In this document: in pieces, positions 9,358-19,842 of the stretch
How the letters are laid out: each line of letters begins with the position of its first letter
Numbering within the stretch: position 1 is the first letter of the stretch
From: Psammoneis japonica
Taxonomy: Eukaryota
Length of the DNA: 36,687 nt
Direction: 5' to 3'
Assembly (NCBI GenBank): GCA_008632985.1
Contig: QPGO01000374.1
Coordinates: 1 to 36,687 of the forward strand
Notes under the pieces: generated by a model
Told to the model about the DNA's origin: nothing
Databases searched by the model: none
What the model saw: the letters and a program-made list of their open reading frames with translations, nothing else
Made by a program: the position numbers and the translations under genes

Positions 9358-12300
9358 ATGGAGCAAGGGACTGACCACAACAATGTGGTCTCACAAACAG
9401 AAGCGGGGAAGCTCGTTGTCGAAACGAGCGGAGACGAAATCGATCAAACCAAACAAAAAGACGGACGCGACGAAATCCAGGCCGTGCTCGTTGTCGGGGA
9501 AGCCTCAAAGAAGGCTGTCGCACAAGTGAACAACATTATCAGAAATAAAGTCGAAGTACAAGCTGGGCAAATGACTGCGGGGAGTCAGCACAGGTCCGGT
9601 GTCAACAAATTGCAGTGTTTGTTTATTCGAGCCATCATGGTCGCGGCTGACAATGACGACCGTAATACTCTCCAGCTAATTGCTAGTTGGTGCAGCCAGC
9701 ATAACTTTCGCATCCCTTCCTTTCGGTACCCAGGACGCAAGACCGTGTCCTTTGCGCAAAATGAGCGACTCGACGAGTGGCTCGATCATATCGACAAAAA
9801 GGAGGTCCGCAAACCCGCTCCACCGTTTGAGCTTTGGATGCCTGTCGCTGTAGCCCAGTGTCGCATTCTTTTCTCCAATGGTGACCGCATCCCCCATATT
9901 GAGAGGGTTGCTTCAAAATTGTGCGCCTTATACTACATGCAGGCGCTCAAGTACCTGCAATCAACGGAAAACACGAACGACAAGAACAACTATGAAGTGC
10001 TCAAAGACCTCTTGAAACTGCCTCCCTCCGAGGTAGAATCGGCTATCCGTCTACCCTACGACAACCAGATTCGACCCGCTCCGAGTGCCGTTCAGTATTT
10101 GTCAACCACCGACGCGAAACCAGAAGCCAAGACCGTCCAAGTCGCCACTGACGGACTTAGGGGCGCTGCCAAGATGCCTCCCATTTTCGAAGACGACGAT
10201 TCGCCTCTACAAGGCACGGCCAAATTGCCCTCTCGACCGAAGAAGTCCCCCGGCACCGGTGCGCCGTCGATCAAAACTGTCTACAGCACGGACTCGCAAG
10301 ACTCGGACATCACCGATATCTCCACTCCCCCATCGAATAAGCGAGAATTGGAAGCCCGCTATCGTCTACTTGCAAAGACAAACCAGAAACTGCTGCGTCA
10401 ATGTCGCACGCGCGGAAGCCAACTCAAGCAATTGAGAAAATTGCCGTCAACCAGTCGGAAACCAACAAGAACCAATCTGCAACCATCCGGGAGAATGCGA
10501 CTACCGTCAAAGAAATGTACGCGGAGGTAAAGCGACTTGTCTCTGAGAACGACGATTTGAGGCGTCAACTTATGGACAACATTATGGCCATGGACCAACT
10601 CATGAAGGCGGGCCGCGACCGGACCGACGAGTACTTCCGTAATTTAGATCGACTGTTCCCGAAAGACTTTCTTTCAAAGCTTGTGAAGACGCCAGAGAAA
10701 CGTAAAGAGCTCAAGGACCTCGTGGACGTACTCACTTCGGAGGGTTTCAAGTATCCCCGCATTTTGGAGGGCGATCTTACGAAGATGCCGGAGGAAGCGC
10801 TGCGAAGCTGTTTGAACTACTCAAACCTGCGTCGGGCTTGTATGATAAGCGCTCTGGAATATTTCTGTTCCTAACGCACGGCGACAATCGCGACGAAGTC
10901 ACCGTCGACGACATTGACAACATGTGTTACGAGATTCTACCGAAGGTTGGATTCACTGTGCAGTTCGGTATTACCGTGAAAGACACGAGTAGCAACGAGT
11001 TTGTTCTCGGTCTCATTAGTAGGTCCCAAGACGAGATCCCCGATTTGTATGGATCTCTTGCTGTCGTCGCTGCTCGTACGCCGAACGCAGAGCATACGAC
11101 ATTGGAGAGCGACAGTTCCGAAGGCACTTCTACTTTGCCCATGACTCCACGCATTCTCCAAGATTTCGTCTACCCTGACTGCCGCGAGTCGACCGCAACC
11201 AAGACCACTGTGACGAAGTTCCGTCTCACCTCCAAGCATCAACAAGGATTGCACACGCCATTTGAAAACGATCCAGTCATGCTTGTCCTTGACAGTGTGG
11301 ACCTCGACGATGGCGGCAAGGCTCTTTGGGACCAAGCGACTCGAAAAAGCCAATGATGTTGACGTTTGTCAAAAAGCTTGACGGTGATTTTCCGTCCTTG
11401 AAGGGTGCCATTGAGGAAGAGCGAGTGAGCTTTTTTGGATTGAATGCGATCCAACTCTGCAACGACGACCATCAGAACGTCAAGGAACTGCTAGTTGCTG
11501 CTCGATCGAGCGGCTGCGAGTACAGTTTGGAAAATATCACCCACAAAGAATTGACTGAAGATGAATTGATCGAGCACTTTGCTGACCTCGTTGAGCCAAA
11601 GCGTTTCAAGACCTCCCGCCGGACATTGGAGCCGACGACTACCAGGATGACTATTCTCCGGACGTCACCTTTGCCAAAAAGGAGGATACGCCTGACAGCG
11701 ATGGCATGTGGAAGGTACAGCCGAATACTACGAAATGCAATTATTGCCTTGCCCCTAACGCTATCGACGCCGAGACCTGTGTGTCTTGCCAACAATCTTT
11801 TGTTCCAGCCCGCAGCCCGATCCTCCCACTCCCAAAGCGACCTCTTTGGAGGGGAGCTCAACGAATTCGGGTTTTCGTTTACGGGCACGGGGACGGTTCG
11901 GCTTCTACTCATTTGGCCAGTACGGGAAACGCTTTTACGGGCAGTGATTCGAGCGTCAATGCGCCGGGAGGATGGACGTTTGATCCAGCATCCTCGAATC
12001 CAAGCGAAAGCGCCAATGCGCCGGAAGGATGGACGTTTGATCCAAGCAAGAGCGCTCAGGAGCCGACAGAAACCACCACGGGAGGTGGTGCTGTCACGGA
12101 CGTGACCGTCAAGCCAAGCAAGAGCGTCGATCAGCCGACAGCAACCACCACGGGAGGTGGTGCCGTCACGGACTCGGCCGTCAAACCAAGCAAGAGCATT
12201 ACGGAGCCGACAGCAACCACCACGGGAGGTGGCACCGTCACGGAATCGGCCGTCAAACCAAGCAAGAGCGCCGAAGCCAACGGGAAGGCGCCGGGATCGT

Positions 12301-12746
12301 CTTCGGCTGCCGACATGAGATTCTCCATTAACGGCATGTTCCCTGCTACGGGTGGACCTGCCCCGGGAGCGACCTCCGAATCCGTCAAGACCGATATGTT
12401 TGCTTTCAACGATGTCGTCGAATCTCCTGCCGCAACTGGAAATGCCAACGAGACAAAGGGGAGCGGGGGATCCTTGAAGAAAGTCGCGACGACCACGGAA
12501 ACAAGCGATGCTGCCGCGACGACTGGGGCTTCCAAGAAAGCGGACTTGGAGAACGAATCCAACGGAAAGGCGAAATCCAAGACGAAGAAGAAGCCCGGTC
12601 AAGGTCGTCCACCTGTTGCGCGAAGCCGTTCGGCGGCCAATGAAGTCGTTGAAGACCAAAATGAGCGTCGTCCTCCCTTGACTCGCTCCGCCTCGGGCCC
12701 GCGCCGCTCTGCTCGTTTGCGAAATCAGGAAGGGCGAAACGACTGA
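9358..12746 (+). CDS. ~1130-aa protein with coiled coil, RanBP2-type zinc finger and low-complexity S/T/G repeat tail; frame broken by 4-7 single-base deletions
   Basis: Successive overlapping + strand ORFs join into one frame when one base is added in short homopolymers; normal Tyr, TpA and CpG content; C-x2-C-x3-N-x6-C-x2-C at 11736-11790; basic C-terminus (RRSARLR). Start codon is my best guess. Confidence 0.7.
12042..12270 (+). repeat. 72-bp (24-aa) coding tandem repeat, ~3.2 copies
   Basis: ccaagcaagagc recurs at 12042, 12114, 12186 and 12258 (PSKS..PT.TTTGGG.VT...VK); preceded by a 57-bp-spaced duplicate NAP.GWTFDP at 11958/12015. Confidence 0.92.
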
Positions 12747-13159
12747 TTTTTACCCGCAATTGCTCCGATAGCCTTCCTACCACGAGCCTCTCTTAGCGTT
12801 TAGTCCTTGATTGAAATTGCCAAAGCTGTACAGCGTCAGTTCGTTTAGTTAGAAGTTTACTTGAACTACTTGTATTCCGGTAATCGAGGTAGCTCGAATT
12901 TTCCTCTAGTGAAATCGTTTACACAGATCAATCGGCGAAACATCGTCATTGAGCATTTTTCGTGCTTCGAGTGGCAACGTCTTGATGAACAGAGATTTTG
13001 GTGCCTATTCTTTGCAAATTCGTGCAGTCAAGCTACGTTCACTGCCAGTTCCTTCCCTTTTAAGCTGCCTCGGGCAATTTACTGGGCCCAAAATGCACTT
13101 CAAGTGCTGCTCCACCTTCGAATTAGCATTCAGGGATTACAAAATTGGTGTTAAGCAAA

Positions 13160-15556
13160 CAGTCAGTGGTGCAAGCTGTCCCAAAGGCTGTCTTTTCCGT
13201 CTTGAATGATTGTGGGACAGTGTGGGGGAAGGGTGCAGAGAACAAGAGCACGCACTTGCGAGTCCAAGAACTCATCAGAAAGGGCTTGGACTTTCAGCAG
13301 TTTTCAAAGTGTTGCCATGTCACTGTTCATTTTGCAAACATTGGCCACAAGAGCCGGTGCGGTGAAAATGTGGGATGCAAACAATTGACACTCCGTGTCA
13401 TCATGGAGACTGCAGTTGATGAGTTAAAGCAACACAAGATTCATTGCCAAGACAACCAATTGAGTTGGATTGGCAAGACCTGGTCTAAGGAGATTCTGAA
13501 ACCTGACATTCCAGGTGCAGAAGAAATTGCTGTGCCACTGGCAAAATGGCAGACCATCTGGGTGACTCCGTTCATTGGAGCATGCAACAAAACTTGAGAG
13601 TGATGGATGATTCATGTCTCACAAAGATGCAGAGACCATTGTCAGCTGAGGAACAAGTTGGAGTGCAGAATTTGATGATTGGTGTCATCAATGTTCACAT
13701 TTAGCTGCAAAAGATGGGGTCGCACCTTCGGGTGGCATTTTGATTCCAAGCTGGTGGCACATGATGCTTGTTTGTTGAAATGTTCTTTGCATGCCATGTG
13801 TGCAAAGCAGTGGCCAGCATAGACTGGTTGTGTGGACTCATTGACAATCTCTGCAATGACTTTGGTGCAAAGGCTCCAGGCCTTTTGGACAGTTTTGCAT
13901 GACTCTTCTTGAAAATTTTCAACACAGTCTTTGGCTGCAGGAAAAACCAAACCGTCTTTGCCCGCAAGTGGTGGGTTGAAATGAAAAGAATCATTGCACC
14001 AGTTTTCACTCCCAGCAAGTGTTGGATGCTGTCATGGCTGGCTTCATGTCATGCTTTGAATGTGCAAGCACCAACAACTCAGGTTTCTTCACCAGAAGGT
14101 CAGCGGGTTGCATTGTCCACCATCAATGTCAGCTGGCTCAATTTTGCTCAATGCCAAGCACACAGTGTGCACACATGGCTCATCATCAAGCTGATCTAGA
14201 TGGTGTGACATGTCAACTGCATTTCCAGTTTCCCCAACAATCCATGGATCAAGTCAATGACATGTCTGCCTGTCTGCTGACACAATGTGGCAGCGCATTG
14301 TTCTCACTGGATGTGGTTTGATGGTTGATTTTTTCACATTCTCAGCCTTTTTCTGCCAGTGCTGTGCACTCTTCTTCTGGAGAAAAAGTGATGTGGCCTT
14401 CAGATTGAAGTTTGTGCCACCATCGTTGGAGGCGGCACTTGCCTGCTCTTCCAAATCTGGCACTGGGGGTGTGATGCAATGCTTCTTGTTCACAGTGGCT
14501 CTAAAAAGTTTTCTCGATGACTCCAATGAAGTGGGTGATGTGAGCCTTTCATTGGATGGAGCATCATTCACAGAAGGTTCCTGCGGCAACTGTCTGGCCA
14601 ATTGACTTCTCCAACACATGCGGTTTGTTCCAAGGCACTGTCCAGTGTGGGCAAAACTGCTCACGGCAATGCTGTGGCTCTGCTGTCAATTGGAGCAAGC
14701 TTGACTTCAATTGCAGCCTTTTGATCCATCAAAGTGCAAACTCATTGTTCATGTGTGGTCTTCTCCCATTGCACCATCTCACTCCAGCATGTTTTCTCCT
14801 GCTTCTGGTCAGCAGCATTCATCTCAACAAAACTCCAAACCTTCTTGAAAATGGTGTGCCAGCTCATGTCATGACTGGCTGTGTGGCATGGTGTTGCACC
14901 TCCACCGTGTTCCAACTTGAGCACCACAATGATTGACAAGCTGTCTGTGGCATCAACCAGCATCATTTGCCTCTCCTTGGCCTGATTGTGTGATGGAACA
15001 GCTTCAGTGCATTGCATTGGGTGACCCCATTCAACTGCATGTTGTTCAATGATGGGGCCATTCTCTCAACAATCTTGAAAGCTCAGCAGTCACTTGACAC
15101 TCTCAGATTGTGTGCATTGTTTGTGAGAGCCATCAGCATTGTTTTGGTGAAGCTGCAAGATGACATGTCCGCAGCTCTCATCATGGTGTGTGTTGTTTTG
15201 ATGTTTTCCCAACAGAAGTTTTTTGCAGTGCCCCAACAAAGTCCAGATGGAGCCGCTGTGCGTGGCACCAGCCAGCCAGTTTCCAGATGAAGCCCTTTCT
15301 GGCAGGCACTCTTCTGCAGTGCCACAATTGTCACAGAAAATCTGTGCTCCAGATTGTGGTTCAGAGCTGGTGCAGATTTCAATGGGTTCCACAGAAACAG
15401 GTGCAGATTTTCAACAAGTGCAGATTTTTAAGAAAAATGATGTTTTGTCACCCAATTTGGAAGCTCCTCAAGCATGCGCACTTTGGCGCAGTCTGCCGCA
15501 TGTGCGTCATGCACACATTTGCAGCATGTGTGTGTGTGTGGGGGGGGGGGGGGGGG
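13160..15556. other. TpA- and CpG-depleted degenerate sequence, probably decayed TE; family not recognised
   Basis: Abrupt return to TpA-poor, TG/CA-rich composition; only short Cys/His-rich ORFs. Confidence 0.45.
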
Positions 15557-15676
15557 NNNNNNNNNNNNNNNNNNNNNNNNNNNNNNNNNNNNNNNNNNNN
15601 NNNNNNNNNNNNNNNNNNNNNNNNNNNNNNNNNNNNNNNNNNNNNNNNNNNNNNNNNNNNNNNNNNNNNNNNNNNN
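15557..15676. other. Assembly gap (120 N) preceded by (TG)n and poly-G
   Basis: Seen directly. Confidence 0.99.
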
Positions 15677-15887
15677 TGCGCAATGACTCTTGAGAGTTGA
15701 GAGGTGCGCGATTCTTCCCAGGAAGCATGGGAAAGTGCAAAGCAACCAAAGCATGCAATTGCATTCATGATTTAATGTGACTCATTGGACATTTTTCTTT
15801 TGTGAGAGCTTGGAAAAAGTTCTCAAGTCGTCAAGTTTCAGAACTGTCCCAGCTCCTTCGAAAATTTCAGTTGACGTTTTCATGGGC

Positions 15888-16510
15888 CTTCAAAGTGACT
15901 TCAAAGAAACTTCAAAGTTTTTCAAAGTGTCTTCCATGTAAAACACAATGCAGTTGTTAACAAATTTGCAGATGCTTTGAAGAAACTTCAAAGTTTCTTT
16001 GAAGGCAGATTGTGGCTGGAGGTTGGAAAATGTCTGTCCCTGAAAACCTTTATTTCCACAGTCAGAAACAAGTTTTTGCCAAGTTTCAAATGTGAGCATG
16101 TCTCATTGGCTTGGTGCTGAGCACTGAGCCAAAAGCACACACAAGTTTTGCTTTGAAGGTTGCATGGGACGAAGAGGCAACAAGTTGTCAGCCACAATGT
16201 CGCAATGATGCCATTGCTTCTGCTTCCTTGGCATTCGTTGTTTGGCAGCACACGGCGGATGTGGCATGCAGCCAGAAAAATTTTGGCTGGTGGTGCGTTG
16301 CATGCGTGCTGCACTGGCTGTGTGCATCTTGAGAAAGATGTGGTGACGTGGCATCACTCAGGGGTTTGTGAAAGAAGTTCTTCAAAGTGAGCCTCAAAGA
16401 AACTTTGAAGGAACTTTGAAGCACCTCCATTGTTGAATGCTGCAATGTCATCATCAATTGAACCAAATGCTTCAAAGCTCTTTTGAAGTTTCTTTGAAGT
16501 GCATTCAAAG
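15888..16510. repeat. Two clusters of ~11-bp-spaced CTTCAAAG/CTTTGAAG motifs
   Basis: Clusters at ~15888-16004 and ~16380-16510 around a ~370-bp spacer. Confidence 0.7.
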
Positions 16511-18687
16511 CTTTCACTGCTGTGCTGTCAGGGAAATCTGACAAAATGTGTGACATCGTGCGACTTCAACGGAAACCAGCAAACCCCCAATCTTAAGAGC
16601 TGTTGATGCTCACAACTAAAAAACATGTTTCAGTCTTGCCTTTTCTGCATGTTTCAGCAAAGCTGAGTTGTGCATCAAAAATGCATGTTTCAGCAATTGC
16701 TGAAACCTGCTGCATGCTTCAGCAGATTTTGCTGAAATGTGCAACAGGCAAAATCGTGTGTTGAAGCATGACTTGGTTTCGGAACAAAGAAAATGCCACC
16801 CACATTGCTGGCACCAACTCTGCTTGTGAACACACAGTGCATTGAAATGCAAACTCACCATTGCAGTCAGTGCCTTTGAGCATGCTTTGGCAAGGCTCAA
16901 AGCATGCAAATTGCTGCAAAAATAAAATGTTCAAGTGGCCCATGTTTTGGTTAGTCTGCTGCATCGATGCTGTGCTGTGATGATGTGCTTTAATCACTGC
17001 ACGGTTGACATTGTCTTGGCACGACAGAGAATTGCTGTCGCAAAGTGTCCCTCATCTTTTTTGGGGTCTTTCACACCTTGTTCCTCCAAAAGCTTTCAGC
17101 TGGACGCCACATTGTTTTTTGCCAATTGATGCAGGCCACTTCTGCAGCTGTGGAGATGAAACAGGCATCAAAAAACACAGCACACGTCCGTCAAGACTTT
17201 TCAGGAAAATGACGGCCATCAACTGCTTCACCTGTGGGACTCTACGTGCCTCTGGCATGTGATGTGTGCACCGAGCACCAATTGCCATGATGAAAAATGT
17301 TGTTGCCCGTGTCATCTCACAGCACCCGTTTCCGACAAAAGAAAGGCAAAAATGCCCCAACGCACCAATTCGAATGCGTGCAATTTGATTGTGCAATTGG
17401 GTTTTACATTTGGGATGATTGTTGTGCTCATTGAGAGTGCTGCGCGGCTGTCAATGTTGCAACAGCAGCTTTCTACATTTGTTGGTCATTTCAGACACAA
17501 GAATGCTACAAAACACTGTCACATGCAAGCTGTGGAAGATCTGGCAAGTTTGTGGTTGGCAGCCAACCATCATCGATGCATGCTGCCTGCCACAGATCTG
17601 AAAAACTGGCCCACAGGCCAAGTCATGTGTTTTCTTGATTCAATGCAGTCTCAAACCCAAGAACTTCACTCACAGCAGATGCAATTGTGGCAATGAATGT
17701 AAAGCATGGCATGGCGGCAAGCAAAAACTCAGAAATTCTGTTTCGACACTGGCAGCTTGCAGTGGCTGCAGGTGCGACAAGCCAAGGCGTCTCTGGTCGA
17801 ATGCATGTGCCGGGCTTTCTCACCCATTTCATTTGCTTTTCCAATGATGTCTCCAAGAGATGAAGCAATCCTCAATGTTGTTGTGTGTCTCACAACAACA
17901 CAGGGCTGCATGAAATTTGTTTGCCCTCTCTGCCGCTCCCTGTGTCAATCAAAAGTGGGAAAGTCACTGGCAGTTGATGTGTTTTTTTGCAGAAGAAAGA
18001 CTTTTGTCATCCCATTTGCACTGAGATGATTGTGTCTGATCCAAAGGACAGTGACAATGGACGTGTGAAAAAGATGGTTTGGATTGTGTCACCAGCGGCG
18101 GTGGGAGCTGCGGTTGCATTTGTGGAGCTGCAGCGTTGATGGCTGCACTGGACAATTTCTTGCAGGCATGTGCAACCTCATGCAAGGAACTTTTGTTTTA
18201 AAATGTTTGATTGTTGCAGAGGTGCAAACACAGCAATTGGGGCACTTTGCAGACACAAACTGCTGTTGTCCTTGGTTCATGAGGCACCTCATCGGTGCAT
18301 CGGCAACTCTGCATGTTAGACCCAACATGCTCTCACTTGAACCAGACCATGGGATCAATTGTCGTTGGTCTCATGGGTCTTCCATGACTGTAATTTGACA
18401 AAGAAAGTCAACACAGTGCATCGGAATGAAGCATGCACTGTGTTGTTGCATCCACAAAGAAATGATGGACAGTTGACATCTTGAATTGTTGAGCTCTTGA
18501 CTGTGCTGCCAGCCAGCAGACATCTCTCAGGAGAAAGCCAACACCAGATGGAGGCCATGGTGCAGTGTGTGGCAGCTGGCCAGCCAGCTGGACAGGCTGT
18601 GCTTGAGCCAAATGTCCAGTTGGAGCAAGCTGGAGAGAGTGGCCAATGAAAGGCAAGAATGCTGCACAGTCATTTCACCGGCAAACT

Positions 18688-19113
18688 GGCCATTGCTGGA
18701 AGGAGCAACTCAAGACACCACAAACCAGTTGAGAGTCTGTGCAGCCACAAACCACATGGCATTGTTGTTGTCATTGCTGCTGCTGCTCATGGCCATGCTT
18801 TTTAGGGCAGTGTGCTGTGTTGCTCATGACAGCGGTCCCCACAAAACCTTTCTGCAGTGATGTGTTTGCTCACACCCAGTTTCCAGCAGCCATCATGGCT
18901 GCTGCATCATCAGCGTCGCTCAAGCAACAGTGACAGAGCAACAACAGCAGAGCAACAGCAGTGCCATGACATCCAGCATCAACCTCTTTGTCCATCAAAG
19001 CATCTGCTGTCCATTCAATGTCAATGATTTCCAGCACAGGGTGACTCCCAGCAGCGGCGGCATGCGAGCTGCCTCTGTGAGATGCGAGACACGCTCTCCA
19101 CTTTTTGACAGAG
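18688..19113. repeat. Dispersed repeat copy, left part, interrupted by copia-2
   Basis: Similar to 1-346; continues at 26772. Confidence 0.82.
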
Positions 19114-19299
19114 TGAATGAATGCTGACATGCTGTCACGGATGTGGGCAGTTTATGTGCTGTTGGCAATTGGTCCACTGTTGCTTGTTCAGTGGTCCCAG
19201 CAGTGCAACATCTCACAATTCTAGAACCTGTTGACATGCTGTTGAACATTCTATCTTGTCTTGCACCCAATTCTTGGCTGTCATGGCAGCATTTGTTCA
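19114..19299 (+). repeat. 5' LTR of copia-2 (186 bp)
   Basis: Aligns to 26588-26771 with about 22 substitutions and one 2-bp indel (manual count). Confidence 0.92.
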
Positions 19300-19312
19300 C
19301 TTTGTCAGAGCC
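19300..19312 (+). promoter_or_regulatory. Primer-binding site, tRNA-iMet type, mutated
   Basis: CTTTGTCAGAGCC right after the LTR; matches the TATCAGAGCC core of the canonical TGGTATCAGAGCC with TA->TG. Confidence 0.7.
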
Positions 19313-19842
19313 AATGTGCTGTGATGTTCATCGCCTGGAATGGGCATTGTGAACGGTGCAATGGTGTTGTTGCAATCGATTGATTTTTGCGGCAAGCGCC
19401 ATGTTGGTCCCATGGTTGCTTGCGTGATCGCTGAGTCCTTTGCACACATGATGTTCATGAATGTCAACGACATGCTCTTTGAGACCAGAGCTGTGATCCG
19501 TTAGACATGATGTCAGTGGACGAAATGTTTCATTGCATAAATGGAACATGCAGGCCAAGAGACACAAACATTTGTGATTGAGTTCACACAATGGTTTGTG
19601 TGTTAACGTCTGTCATCTGACCACACACATTTGATTAACCAAAATACGTTGTCAATCTCCTCAGACGCTCTGCATGTGGATGCATGTCTGTTGGAAATTG
19701 TTGCTTGGGAGTGACACCGCCTGCTCGTGGGTTCGCTAAGTAGAAACCGCCAAATCGGCACAAGAACCACACATTTTCTCACTTTTCTCCACTCACACAA
19801 GTGATGCTCACGCGTCGAAATGCGAACAACTGTTGACACACC

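Noticed and set aside
11472..12659. 395-aa minus-strand ORF
   Set aside because: Antisense shadow of the GC-rich repeat-coding region.
14250..15400. Minus-strand transposase remnant (WGTAKNF... resembling the WN..K motif)
   Set aside because: Similarity too weak to call without a profile search.
15496..15511. ccgcatgtgcg match to the reverse complement of the 34683 terminus as a left TIR
   Set aside because: Short match, no TTAA|CCC, and next to an assembly gap.
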